Positions 19,294-28,861 of a stretch of DNA of 64,000 nucleotides are shown here, in pieces; within the stretch, counting starts at the first letter, position 1; each line of letters starts with the position of its first letter. The position numbers were made by a program, and so were the translations under genes. Below the pieces are notes generated by a model. The model saw only the letters and a list, made by a program, of their open reading frames with translations, had not been told where the DNA came from and searched no databases. Origin of the DNA: Bacilli bacterium (GTDB lineage Bacteria; Bacillota_I; Bacilli_A; RFN20; CAG-826); NCBI GenBank assembly GCA_045628045.1, contig JAZQOV010000002.1:32001-96000 (forward strand), given 5' to 3'.

Positions 19294-20109
19294 ATGAAAT
19301 TAATTGAAATAAATAACCTAACTTTTAGTTACGACAAAAAAGTAAACGTCCTCGATGATGTTTCTTTTGACATAGAATCAGGTAAATATATTTCAATTAT
19401 CGGCCATAACGGTAGTGGAAAATCTACTTTTGCTAAATTAGTCATAGGTTTGCTTGAACCAAACGAAGGAACAATTAAGGTCCTTGGCAAACAAGTTGAT
19501 TCAAAGAATATTCGCGAGATTAGAAAACACATTGGAATTGTTTTCCAAAATCCAGATAATCAATTTGTTGGAACAACAGTAAGGGATGATATTGCCTTTG
19601 GTTTAGAGAATAGATGCATTCCTCGTGAGAATATGGATGAAATTATTGAGAAATTTTCCAAAAAAGTTCATATGGAAAAATTCTTAGACAAAGAACCAGA
19701 AAATTTGTCTGGTGGTCAAAAACAAAGAGTCGCCATTGCTGGTGTTTTAGCTCTTTCTCCAAACATAATTATTTTTGATGAAGCAACTTCTATGCTTGAT
19801 CCTGTTGGAAAAAGAGAAGTGCGTGAATGCATTAACGAGCTTCGTAAAGAAAATCCAGGTCTTACCATTCTTTCAATCACACACGATTTAGAAGAAGCGT
19901 TCTCTAGCGACGAAGTTATTGTGCTCTCAAAAGGCAAAGTATTAATTCATGAAAAACCTGAAAAAGTACTGGAAAACGCCAGTATTTTTGCGGAAGCAGG
20001 CTTAGATTTACCATTTAAAAATAGACTTATTGCTGAATTAAAATCTCAAGGTATTGAAGTAAAAAATACCGAAAGTATTGAAAGGATTGTTGAAGAATTA
20101 TGCCAATAA
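19294..20109 (+). CDS. ecfA1: ECF transporter ATPase EcfA1
   Basis: GHNGSGKST, FQNPDNQF, LSGGQKQR, DEATSMLDP. Confidence 0.92.
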   Translation: MKLIEINNLTFSYDKKVNVLDDVSFDIESGKYISIIGHNGSGKSTFAKLVIGLLEPNEGTIKVLGKQVDSKNIREIRKHIGIVFQNPDNQFVGTTVRDDIAFGLENRCIPRENMDEIIEKFSKKVHMEKFLDKEPENLSGGQKQRVAIAGVLALSPNIIIFDEATSMLDPVGKREVRECINELRKENPGLTILSITHDLEEAFSSDEVIVLSKGKVLIHEKPEKVLENASIFAEAGLDLPFKNRLIAELKSQGIEVKNTESIERIVEELCQ

Positions 20110-20948
20110 AATTTAACAATGTTTTCTATACATATTTAGAGAATTCGCCATTCAGAAACGAAGCTCTCAAAGGAGTCAATTTAGATATCAAGGATGGCTC
20201 TTTTACTTGTGTGGTAGGACGTACTGGTTGTGGCAAGTCAACACTTATTCAACAACTCAATGCACTTCTTGTTCCAAGCAAAGGAAGTGTCAATGTTAAT
20301 AATTTTGTTATCGAGAAGAAACATAAGTCATTAAAACGAATTCATGAATTGAGAAAAGAAGTTGGAATCGTTTTCCAATTTTCTGAATATCAACTTTTTG
20401 AAGAAACGGTTGAAGAAGATGTTGCTTTTGGTCCAATGAATTTTGGTGTAAAAAAAGAAAAAGCACTAGAAATCGCGCATAAATGTCTAAAAACTGTCGG
20501 AATAGATGAAGATTGTTTTAAGAAATCACCATTTGAAATAAGCGGTGGGCAAAAACGTCGTGTTGCTATAGCGGGCATTTTGGCGCTTGAACCAAAAATT
20601 CTCGTTTTAGATGAACCGACAGCAGGCCTTGATCCTAAGGGAACAAGAGAAATGTTGTCCTTATTCAAGTCACTTAATGAAAAAGGAACAACAATAATTG
20701 TAGTTACTCACGATATTAATATCGTTTTTGAATATGCAGATGACGTAATTGTTATGGATGATGGCAAGGTTGCTCTTCACACAACCCCAAGCAATTTATT
20801 TAAAGAAGAAGTAGAAAAGTATTCTTTAGAAACTCCATTAATTCAAAAAACAGTTAATATGTGCCTTCAAAAGGGAATGAAAATTGATCCAACAAAGATT
20901 AAAAACATTCATGACTTGGCACTTGAAATAGCGAGGATTAGAAAATGA
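20100..20948 (+). CDS. ecfA2: ECF transporter ATPase EcfA2
   Basis: GRTGCGKST, FQFSEYQLFEETV, SPFEISGGQKRR, DEPTAGLDP. Confidence 0.92.
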   Translation: MPIKFNNVFYTYLENSPFRNEALKGVNLDIKDGSFTCVVGRTGCGKSTLIQQLNALLVPSKGSVNVNNFVIEKKHKSLKRIHELRKEVGIVFQFSEYQLFEETVEEDVAFGPMNFGVKKEKALEIAHKCLKTVGIDEDCFKKSPFEISGGQKRRVAIAGILALEPKILVLDEPTAGLDPKGTREMLSLFKSLNEKGTTIIVVTHDINIVFEYADDVIVMDDGKVALHTTPSNLFKEEVEKYSLETPLIQKTVNMCLQKGMKIDPTKIKNIHDLALEIARIRK

Positions 20949-21877
20949 ATTCGATAGCACTCGGTCGTTATGTTCCTCGTGATTCCTTCATTCATAGAAT
21001 GGATCCAAGAAATAAGATTATCTGTCTTATTGCTTTAATGGTGGCTATTTTTATTTCTTACAATACATTTGAATTAACCTTCATTATTGGTGGAATTTTG
21101 GCTGTTTTTATCATTTCACTTCTTTTAATTGCTCGAGTTTCAATTCTTGATGTGTTTAAGTCATTAAGAGTTTTGTGGTTCTTTGTAATTTTATTACTAA
21201 TTATTAACATTTTTACTCCTCCAGCAGGCTCAACTATGGAGGCCTTTAACATTGGAAAACTCACCATTTACTGGGAGGCAATTTTCCAAAGTTTAAAGAT
21301 TATTTTAAGACTTGTCTTAATGATTATGCTCACAATGCTTTTAACCGCAACTACAAAGCCACTTGATTTAACTTATGGTCTTGAGTGGTTTATGACTCCA
21401 TTAAAGGTTATTAAATTCCCAGCTCATGAAGTTGCAATGACAATTTCAATTGCATTACGTTTTATTCCAACTCTTCTTGATGAAACTGACCGAATTATGA
21501 AAGCTCAGTCTTCTCGTGGAGTTGACTTTAAAAATGGAAAATTATCAAACAGATTAAAAGCAATTGTTTCCTTAATAATTCCGCTATTTATTTCTTCGTT
21601 CCAACGAAGTGAAGAACTTGCTGATTCAATGGAAGCAAGAGGTTATGATCCAAAAGCAACTAGAACAAGATATAGAGTTCTAAGATTTAAAGTTATCGAT
21701 ATCTTTGGTTTTATATTATGTGGTGCACTTTGTGCTCTCACTATTATAATTTCATCATATGGATGGAATTTAGGCACCATTAACTTTATTCCTTGGTTTG
21801 TTTTAGGGCTTCTTATAATTTTCATTTATATTATCGTGACTGCAGCACTTGACGCTATTATAAGGAGACATTCATGA
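20945..21877 (+). CDS. ecfT: ECF transporter transmembrane component EcfT
   Basis: IALRFIPTL, AQSSRG and MEARGY motifs; ecfA1-ecfA2-ecfT-truA synteny. Confidence 0.92.
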   Translation: MNSIALGRYVPRDSFIHRMDPRNKIICLIALMVAIFISYNTFELTFIIGGILAVFIISLLLIARVSILDVFKSLRVLWFFVILLLIINIFTPPAGSTMEAFNIGKLTIYWEAIFQSLKIILRLVLMIMLTMLLTATTKPLDLTYGLEWFMTPLKVIKFPAHEVAMTISIALRFIPTLLDETDRIMKAQSSRGVDFKNGKLSNRLKAIVSLIIPLFISSFQRSEELADSMEARGYDPKATRTRYRVLRFKVIDIFGFILCGALCALTIIISSYGWNLGTINFIPWFVLGLLIIFIYIIVTAALDAIIRRHS

Positions 21878-22611
21878 GATACTTAGCAATTACTTCTTAT
21901 AAAGGCACTAATTTCTGTGGTTGGCAAAAACAAACTGTTTCTAAACTCCCTTCTATAGAAGAAACTATTGAGTGTGTTTTAAGTAAAATTTTGTCCGAAA
22001 AAATTAAAATTTATGGTTCAGGTAGAACTGATGCCGGAGTTCATGCATTAGGTCAAACATTTCATTTTGACACTGAAAAAGAGCTCGATATTTACAAAAT
22101 GTCTCATTCATTAAATGAACTTCTTCCTGAAGATATAAGAATTTTGTCTTTTTCAAAAGTTTCTGACGATTTTCACGCAAGATTTAATGCGAACAAGAAA
22201 ACATACATTTATAAAATTAGAAACTCAAAGGTCAGTGATCCATTCAAAAATGACCTTGAATACACCTTATCTCAAAAGCTTGATGTAGAAGAAATGAAAG
22301 AAGCTTCAGAACTATTTTTGGGTGAACATAATTTCATGAATTTTACATCAAAAGAAGAAGATGATTCTAACTTTGTTAGAAATATCTTTGATTTGTCTAT
22401 TTCTGAGGAAAAAGAAAATATCACTATTTCAATGACTGGTAATGGATTTATGAGATACATGGTTCGCATGATTGTGGGTAATTTAATTCAAGTTGGTTTA
22501 GGCAAATTATCCACTGAAGATTTAAACAAAAATCTTAACGATAAAATTAGAAAACCATCTTCATATAAAGCCCCGGCTTATGGCCTTTATCTGAAGGAAG
22601 TTTTGTATTAA
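21874..22611 (+). CDS. truA: tRNA pseudouridine(38-40) synthase
   Basis: YKGTNFCGWQ, GRTDAGVHA, FHARF, GFMRYMVR. Confidence 0.95.
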   Translation: MRYLAITSYKGTNFCGWQKQTVSKLPSIEETIECVLSKILSEKIKIYGSGRTDAGVHALGQTFHFDTEKELDIYKMSHSLNELLPEDIRILSFSKVSDDFHARFNANKKTYIYKIRNSKVSDPFKNDLEYTLSQKLDVEEMKEASELFLGEHNFMNFTSKEEDDSNFVRNIFDLSISEEKENITISMTGNGFMRYMVRMIVGNLIQVGLGKLSTEDLNKNLNDKIRKPSSYKAPAYGLYLKEVLY

Positions 22612-22682
22612 AAGTTAATTATTGATTTCACTTATTATATAAGAAGCGTATAATAGAGGACGCCGAAAAGGAGATTATTACT

Positions 22683-23387
22683 ATGGGTAGACATCATGAA
22701 GTTCGTGCCGCAGCTATGGCAAAAACTGGTGCAATGAAGTCAGCACTTTATGCTCGTGCTTCTAAAGAAGCATATATGGCAGCTCGCACCGGAGATCCAG
22801 ATCCAAAAACAAACTTAGCATTAAGAGCGGTTTACGATAAATATCGTGGAAAATCAGTTCCAAGAGATGTTTTTGATAGAGCAATTAAAAAAGCACAAGG
22901 CGGAGACGCTGTTGCATTCGTTGAAGGTTGTTATGAATATTATGGACCAGGAAATTCATTCCTTGTCGTTAATACATTAACTGACAATCCAAATAGAGCA
23001 CTTGTTGAAGTTAGAACCGCAATTGTTCGTAAAGGTGGACACCAAGGTTCAGTTCTTTATAACTTCACTCAATTAGGCGTTCTTTCATTCAAAGGAACAA
23101 ACCGTGATGAAGTTGAAGAAACTTTAATTCTTGGCGATGTTGATGTTCAATCAGTTGAAGCTGAAGAAGACATGATTTATGTCACAGTTTCTCCAGCAGC
23201 ATTTGCCAAAGCAAAAGAAGTTCTTGCTGGTATGGGAATTACTGAATTTGAAGAAGCAGAAGTTCGTCTTGAACCAAATGAATGGATTGACCTTGATGGA
23301 GAATCCAAACAAAAGTTTGAAGAACTTATCGATGCACTTGAAGAATGTGAGGATGTTCAAAGCGTTGCTCACAACGTTAATCTCTAA
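22683..23387 (+). CDS. YebC/PmpR family protein
   Basis: DPKTNLALR, YEYYGPG, TDNPNR, DVQSVAHN. Confidence 0.9.
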   Translation: MGRHHEVRAAAMAKTGAMKSALYARASKEAYMAARTGDPDPKTNLALRAVYDKYRGKSVPRDVFDRAIKKAQGGDAVAFVEGCYEYYGPGNSFLVVNTLTDNPNRALVEVRTAIVRKGGHQGSVLYNFTQLGVLSFKGTNRDEVEETLILGDVDVQSVEAEEDMIYVTVSPAAFAKAKEVLAGMGITEFEEAEVRLEPNEWIDLDGESKQKFEELIDALEECEDVQSVAHNVNL

Positions 23388-23452
23388 TAGAGAGTATTGA
23401 ATATTTTTAAATAAGTAGTATATTATAGGTAGGCGTTAGATAAATCCTAACA

Positions 23453-23483
23453 AAAAGGAATCGACTGGTACTCGATTCCTTTT
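23453..23483. terminator. Bidirectional terminator
   Basis: AAAAGGAATCGA-CTGGTAC-TCGATTCCTTTT, a 12-bp perfect stem with A and T flanks. Confidence 0.75.
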
Positions 23484-23528
23484 CTCATTTTTGAAAGTAG
23501 AGGGCGTCAATAAATCCTTGTTACAAGA

Positions 23529-23582
23529 TTAATTTTTAAACATTATTAATAGTAGCAGTATAATAATGATTAATGCGATCAA
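23529..23582 (-). CDS. Putative 17-aa hydrophobic peptide (type I toxin-like)
   Basis: TTG start, MIALIIIILLLLIMFKN; AGAAAGG lies upstream across a 9-bp hairpin. Confidence 0.35.
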   Translation of the reverse strand: MIALIIIILLLLIMFKN

Positions 23583-23646
23583 ATATTCTATCTAATAGAA
23601 TATCCTTTCTGCACAACGCCCACACTTTCATGCGTCGTAGTGCCAC
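23536..23646 (-). CDS. Putative 36-aa small ORF
   Basis: AGGAGG SD 6 nt before GTG; MALRRMKVWALCRKDILLDRIFDRINHYYTATINNV; upstream promoter TAGAAA, 17 nt, TATAAT on the minus strand. Confidence 0.4.
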   Translation of the reverse strand: MALRRMKVWALCRKDILLDRIFDRINHYYTATINNV

Positions 23647-23840
23647 GCCATACCTCCTAAAAATTTAGCTCATATTTCTGTGAGCAACTATATTATAAGG
23701 TATTATTTTTATAATTTCTATGAAATTTTAAAAATAATACCCTAGAGAGTATGAATTTTGAAAAAAGCATAAAAAAGATAGGTAAAACCTATTTTAATTA
23801 GAAAGTCTTTGACTAGATTTATACATTTTAGTATAATCTA

Positions 23841-23890
23841 ACTCGCACCTTGAAAATCAATAGTCCCGGTAAGATTATTGTTCGAGTTAA
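23841..23890 (+). promoter_or_regulatory. L13 ribosomal protein leader
   Basis: Follows a TTGACT...TATAAT promoter; ACTCG...CGAGT closing stem enclosing TAGTCCCGGTAAGATTATTG directly upstream of rplM. Confidence 0.55.
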
Positions 23891-23904
23891 AGGAGGAAAG
23901 CAAA

Positions 23905-24348
23905 ATGCAACGTCAAACAACGATCGCAAAACCAGAAAAGATCGAACGTAAGTGGTATGTCATTGATGCAACCGGCATTCCTTATGGTCGTCTTGCTTCC
24001 TTTGTTGCAGTTAAATTAATGGGTAAGGACAAACCAATCTATACTCCAAACGTAGATTGTGGTGATTATGTCATTATCATTAACTGTGAAAAAGTAGCTA
24101 TGTCTGGCACAAATAAAGCTAAAAACAAAAAATATTACAACGCTTCAGGATACACAGGTGGTCTCCGCGTGAGAACTGCTGGTGAAATGATTGAAAGATA
24201 TCCAGAAGAAATGATTACCCGTTCAGTTTGGGGAATGCTCCCAAAAGGACCACTTGGTAGATCAATGGCCAAGAAACTCTTTGTCTACAAAGGCGCTGAA
24301 CATAAACACGAAGCTCAGAAACCTGAAGTTCTCGTGTGGAAGAAATAA
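23905..24348 (+). CDS. rplM: 50S ribosomal protein L13
   Basis: [25 protein letters not shown]; start at the ATG after AGGAGG. Confidence 0.97.
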   Translation: MQRQTTIAKPEKIERKWYVIDATGIPYGRLASFVAVKLMGKDKPIYTPNVDCGDYVIIINCEKVAMSGTNKAKNKKYYNASGYTGGLRVRTAGEMIERYPEEMITRSVWGMLPKGPLGRSMAKKLFVYKGAEHKHEAQKPEVLVWKK

Positions 24349-24359
24349 GGAGAATTACT

Positions 24360-24752
24360 ATGGCAGACGCAAAGAAATATTACGGAACTGGTAGACGCAA
24401 ATCATCAGTTGCTCGTGTCTATGTCACAGCAGGTAAAGGCAAAATCATCGTCAATGGTGAAGATGTTAAAACCTATATGCCATATGCCACATTAGTCATG
24501 GATTTATCACAACCTCTTGAGGTTGTTGGTAAAGCTGACAAATATGACGTTGAAGCTTTTGTTAAAGGCGGTGGATTCACTGGTCAAGCTGGCGCAATTC
24601 GTCTTGGTATCGCACGTGCTTTACTTGAAGCAGGTGAAGATAGAAAGGCACTTAAAGTCGCTGGTTTAGTCACAAGAGATGCTCGTGCTAAAGAACGTAA
24701 AAAATACGGTCTCAAAGCAGCTCGTCGTGCTCCACAATTCTCAAAACGTTAA
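24360..24752 (+). CDS. rpsI: 30S ribosomal protein S9
   Basis: [41 protein letters not shown]. Confidence 0.97.
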   Translation: MADAKKYYGTGRRKSSVARVYVTAGKGKIIVNGEDVKTYMPYATLVMDLSQPLEVVGKADKYDVEAFVKGGGFTGQAGAIRLGIARALLEAGEDRKALKVAGLVTRDARAKERKKYGLKAARRAPQFSKR

Positions 24753-24766
24753 TCATCGTTTACAAG

Positions 24767-24795
24767 AAGAGCTCCAGAAATGGTGCTCTTTTTTT
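24767..24795 (+). terminator. Intrinsic terminator
   Basis: AAGAGC.CCA-GAAA-TGG.GCTCTT followed by a T-run. Confidence 0.7.
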
Positions 24796-24897
24796 GTTTG
24801 GTTATTAAAATATAAAAAAGTTTATTAATAAACTTTTTTACTTTTCAAAATCCTTTTAATATGATAAACTATAAAATGTAAAGGTACTTTATATTTT

Positions 24898-26001
24898 ATG
24901 ATTAGAGAAATAACCGAAAAAGAAATTAAAGCTTTTATCAACTTTGGAGATGCTTTATACAAAGGTGATAAAAACTATATTCCTTATATTAATAAGGATT
25001 TAAAAAAGACACTTAAAAGACTAGTCTTCTTCAGAAAAACATATTTCGCAGTATGTCATTTCGATAAGAATAACAAGGTTGATGGTCGAGTGTTATTAAC
25101 AATTGGAAAAAGCAAACAACTTAAATCAGATAAGTGCGGATATTTTTCGCATATTGAGTTTGTTGAGAATTATGATGTTTTTAAGGAATTAATGGATTTC
25201 TCCCTTAATTTATTAAAGGAAAAAGGTGCTGATTGCACATGTGGAACTTTTTTCCATCATGATCCAGACAACAGAAGAGGCATTTTAATTGATAACTTCG
25301 ATACATTCCCAATGCTTTTTACATCTTATAATAAACCTTATTACAAAGATTACTTTGAAAAGTATGGATTTAAGAAATTAATCGATGCTCTTGAATATGA
25401 ATATTCTTTTAAAGAAGATAAGATGAAAGCCGTTAAAGAAAAAGGTGAACAAGCTTTAATTGATAATGACATTCATATTGATAAAGCAGACTTAAAGCAG
25501 CTTGATAGAGAAATTGAAGCGGTTCATGACATTATGGTGACCGCATCAACTTCAATAAATTTTGAAGAAGTTATTTCTAAAGAACAGATTAAAAAAATCT
25601 TTTATTCTTTTAAATCATTCCTTAATCCAGATTATGTATTTTTTGCAAGAACAAATAAAGATAATAGACCAATTGGTTTTACTTTCGCATTACCTAATTA
25701 CAATGAGGTAATTAAGAAAATGAACGGGAAAACCAATATATTTTCACTAATTAAGTTCGCTATTTATAAAAAACGCATTACAGGTTTAAGGGCAATGCTT
25801 CAATACATAATTCCTGAATATCAACACAAAGGAATTTCAAAAGCTTTATATAATGAAACAAGAAAATCAATTGAGAAAAATCACATTACTCGTGTAGGGC
25901 TTGGAACCATTATGGAAAACAATGATAAATCAAATGGACTTGTTGTTTCTGCTGGAGGAGTTAGATCGAAAACCTACCGCATCTACTATAAAGAATTATG
26001 A
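24898..26001 (+). CDS. GNAT-fold acyltransferase, YghO/bacterial ceramide synthase-like family
   Basis: LY.GD.NYIP, GYFSHIE, GILIDNFD.FP..FTSYNKPYY...FEKYGFKK, PIGF..ALPNYN..IKKMNGK, IIPEYQHKG, IMENN. Confidence 0.7.
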   Translation: MIREITEKEIKAFINFGDALYKGDKNYIPYINKDLKKTLKRLVFFRKTYFAVCHFDKNNKVDGRVLLTIGKSKQLKSDKCGYFSHIEFVENYDVFKELMDFSLNLLKEKGADCTCGTFFHHDPDNRRGILIDNFDTFPMLFTSYNKPYYKDYFEKYGFKKLIDALEYEYSFKEDKMKAVKEKGEQALIDNDIHIDKADLKQLDREIEAVHDIMVTASTSINFEEVISKEQIKKIFYSFKSFLNPDYVFFARTNKDNRPIGFTFALPNYNEVIKKMNGKTNIFSLIKFAIYKKRITGLRAMLQYIIPEYQHKGISKALYNETRKSIEKNHITRVGLGTIMENNDKSNGLVVSAGGVRSKTYRIYYKEL

Positions 26002-27173
26002 TTTTAACAATTATTGAAATTATTCTAGCTTTAGTTGTGCCGTTTCTTACTATTAAATTTAGTAATAACTGGTTAACAAAGAAATTAGGCGTAGTTGGCA
26101 CTAATTACCTTTTAGGTATTGTTTACGCTTTAATTATTTTTGCATTCACAAAAACAAATATAATTACTCAAAGAGATACTTCTGGGAATGAAATTCTTTC
26201 ATATCTAGCGGTTTCTTTTTCAATTCCGTTCTTACTTTATAATACAAATTTTAGAGATGTTCTTAAGCTTTCAAAAAAGAGTTTAATTTCATTTGGATTA
26301 CTAATCTTCTCTGTTATTTGTGTCACCACAATTACCTATTTTGCATTCTCTAAAAACATTGCCTCTGGAAATGTATTAAGTGGAATGGCTGTTGGACTTT
26401 ACACCGGCGGAACTCCAAATCTCAATTCAGTTGCTTATTCATTTGGATTAGATAAAGACACAATTTTAATGAGCAATATTAGCGACATTATCTTTGGCGG
26501 ATTGTTTTATGTATTTTTGATTTTGCTCGCAAAACCTTTAATAAAACATTTCTTAAAAGGCGATGTTGAAAAAGACAAAGAATTTGTTTGTGAAAAACAA
26601 GAAGAAACGGCATTTTCCTTTAAAAATCATGGTGTTTTCCGCAATATTTTATTAACTTTAGGCGCTGTAGCAATATCAGCCGGAGTTGGTGTTTTGATCT
26701 GGGTTATTACCGGAAAAGTTGATGGAACATTAACCAATTATTTAGTCCCGGCTTTAATGCTTGGAACCACAGTTATTGGTCTTGTACTTTCATTTAATAA
26801 AAATATAAGAGAAGTAAAAGGCAACAACAAAATGGGTGAATATTGTTCTTGTGTTTTTAGTTTTGCAATTTCATCAATTATTGATTTTAATAAACTTTCT
26901 AGTCTTGCATTAAATATTTTTATTCATTTTGCAATCATTACCCTTGCTACATTTTTACTTCATTTATTACTATGCAAAATTTTCAAAATCAATGCTGATA
27001 TTATGATTACAACATGCACAGCAGGCATTTATGGACCAGCATTTATTCCTAGCGTTACTAAAAGTATTGGCGCACAATATATGTTAGCTACAGGATTAAT
27101 CCTAGGATCACTAGGTTATGCAATCGGTACCTTTTTAGGCATTGGAATTGGCCAATTATTTACGTTATTTTAG
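25998..27173 (+). CDS. DUF819-like multi-pass membrane protein
   Basis: About 11 hydrophobic segments; GLYTGGTPNL, AGIYGPAF, GSLGYAIGTFLG. Confidence 0.75.
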   Translation: MILTIIEIILALVVPFLTIKFSNNWLTKKLGVVGTNYLLGIVYALIIFAFTKTNIITQRDTSGNEILSYLAVSFSIPFLLYNTNFRDVLKLSKKSLISFGLLIFSVICVTTITYFAFSKNIASGNVLSGMAVGLYTGGTPNLNSVAYSFGLDKDTILMSNISDIIFGGLFYVFLILLAKPLIKHFLKGDVEKDKEFVCEKQEETAFSFKNHGVFRNILLTLGAVAISAGVGVLIWVITGKVDGTLTNYLVPALMLGTTVIGLVLSFNKNIREVKGNNKMGEYCSCVFSFAISSIIDFNKLSSLALNIFIHFAIITLATFLLHLLLCKIFKINADIMITTCTAGIYGPAFIPSVTKSIGAQYMLATGLILGSLGYAIGTFLGIGIGQLFTLF

Positions 27174-27185
27174 GGGGTTTTTGCT

Positions 27186-28814
27186 ATGAAACTTGTTGAT
27201 TACGTATTTGAATCCGAGAAGAAATATCTAAAAAATATCGCATATTCCTTCATGGGAAAGAAAACGACTTATGAAACCATGGCAAAGCGAATTGATGATG
27301 TCGCTTTGTGCTTACTAAATCTTGGTTTAAAAGATGGAGATATTGTTTGTATTGCAATGCCTAACACACCACAAGCAATCTTAACAATTTATGCTTGTAA
27401 CAAAATTGGTGTTACTGTAAACATGATTCATCCACTTTCATCTGAAAATGAATTCTTAACATTTGTTAATAAGGTAAAAGCCTCAACAATTTTAATCATT
27501 GATCAATTTGTTAATAAAATTGAAGCAATTAGAGAAAAGACAAATCTTAAAAACATCATCGTTGCAAGCGTGCGTGATGAATTATCTTTTGTGAAGAAAG
27601 TTGGTTATGATTTAACACTTGCAAAGAAGACCCCAAAATTTGATGCTTCTAAAGTATTAATGTGGACTGACTTTATTAAAAATAAAGCCAATGTTGATTT
27701 AAGTGAACTTAAAACCAAAAACGAAATAGCTTTGATTCTTCACTCTGGAGGAACAACAGGTAAAGTCAAAGGTGTTTGTTTATCTAATACTGCAGTTAAT
27801 GCATCTGCAGAGCAAATGCTTAAGGCTAACCCAATGATTGATAATTCAGATAGATTCTTATCCGTTATGCCAATTTTCCATGGTAATGGCCTAGTTATTG
27901 GTGTTCACTCAATGCTTATGCTTGGCGCACGCTGCGTTCTTATTCCAAGATTTACTCCTGAAACATACGCAAAAGACTTAATTAAAAATAAATGTAACTA
28001 CATGTCTGGAGTTCCTGCATTATTTGAAAGATTAATGGGCGTAGAAATAATGAAAAAAGCCGATTTATCATTCCTTAAAGGTGCATTCTCTGGTGCAGAT
28101 TATTTATCTGTAGAATTAGAAAGAAAAATTAATGTGTTCCTTAAGGAACATAATGCAAAGGTTCCAGTAAGACAAGGCTATGGAATGACTGAAGGCGTTG
28201 TTGCAACCACACTTAATCCGGTTGATAAACAAAAAGAAGGCTCAATTGGTGTAGCTCTTCCAGGTGTTGAAGTTAAAATTGTTAAACCAGGTACTGAAGA
28301 AGAAGTTAAAACTAATGAAGTTGGTGAAATTGTCTTCTCTTCAATCACTAACATGTCTTATTACTATAATGATCCTGAAGAAACTGACATCTCTATGAAG
28401 AAACATAAAGATGGAAAATATTGGATTCATTCAGGGGATCTTGGCTCAGTGGATGAAGATGGATTTTTCTTCTTTAAAGGAAGAATTAAGAGAATGATTG
28501 TAACAAATGGTTACAACGTCTTCCCAAATGAACTCGAAAATATTATTGAATCATTTGAAATGGTGGACAGAAGTTGCGTTCTCGCTCTTCCTTACTCTGA
28601 TGGCACAGACAGAATTCAAACTTTCATTACTTTAAAGAAAGGCTTTGCGCCAAGTGAAGAATTAAAAGCAGAAATCAAATCATTGTGTGCTAAAAATATC
28701 GCAAAATATGCACTTCCAAAGAAAATAACATTTATTGATAAAATGCCAACAACCAAAGTTGGCAAAGTTGATTTCAATGCTTTGCTTAAAGGCGAATTTA
28801 ATGAAGCAAAATAA
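27186..28814 (+). CDS. Long-chain acyl-CoA ligase (AMP-binding family)
   Basis: HSGGTTGKVKG, QGYGMTE, SGDLG, GRIKRMI, KVGKVD. Confidence 0.9.
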   Translation: MKLVDYVFESEKKYLKNIAYSFMGKKTTYETMAKRIDDVALCLLNLGLKDGDIVCIAMPNTPQAILTIYACNKIGVTVNMIHPLSSENEFLTFVNKVKASTILIIDQFVNKIEAIREKTNLKNIIVASVRDELSFVKKVGYDLTLAKKTPKFDASKVLMWTDFIKNKANVDLSELKTKNEIALILHSGGTTGKVKGVCLSNTAVNASAEQMLKANPMIDNSDRFLSVMPIFHGNGLVIGVHSMLMLGARCVLIPRFTPETYAKDLIKNKCNYMSGVPALFERLMGVEIMKKADLSFLKGAFSGADYLSVELERKINVFLKEHNAKVPVRQGYGMTEGVVATTLNPVDKQKEGSIGVALPGVEVKIVKPGTEEEVKTNEVGEIVFSSITNMSYYYNDPEETDISMKKHKDGKYWIHSGDLGSVDEDGFFFFKGRIKRMIVTNGYNVFPNELENIIESFEMVDRSCVLALPYSDGTDRIQTFITLKKGFAPSEELKAEIKSLCAKNIAKYALPKKITFIDKMPTTKVGKVDFNALLKGEFNEAK

Positions 28815-28861
28815 ATTAAAAAATAGGTTGAATTAGGTTATATATTATTTATAATATCAAT

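Noticed and set aside
23628-23651. 7-aa ORF MAWHYDA on the minus strand
   Set aside because: Its ATG is only 1 nt from AGGAGG; the GTG start at 23646 has proper spacing.
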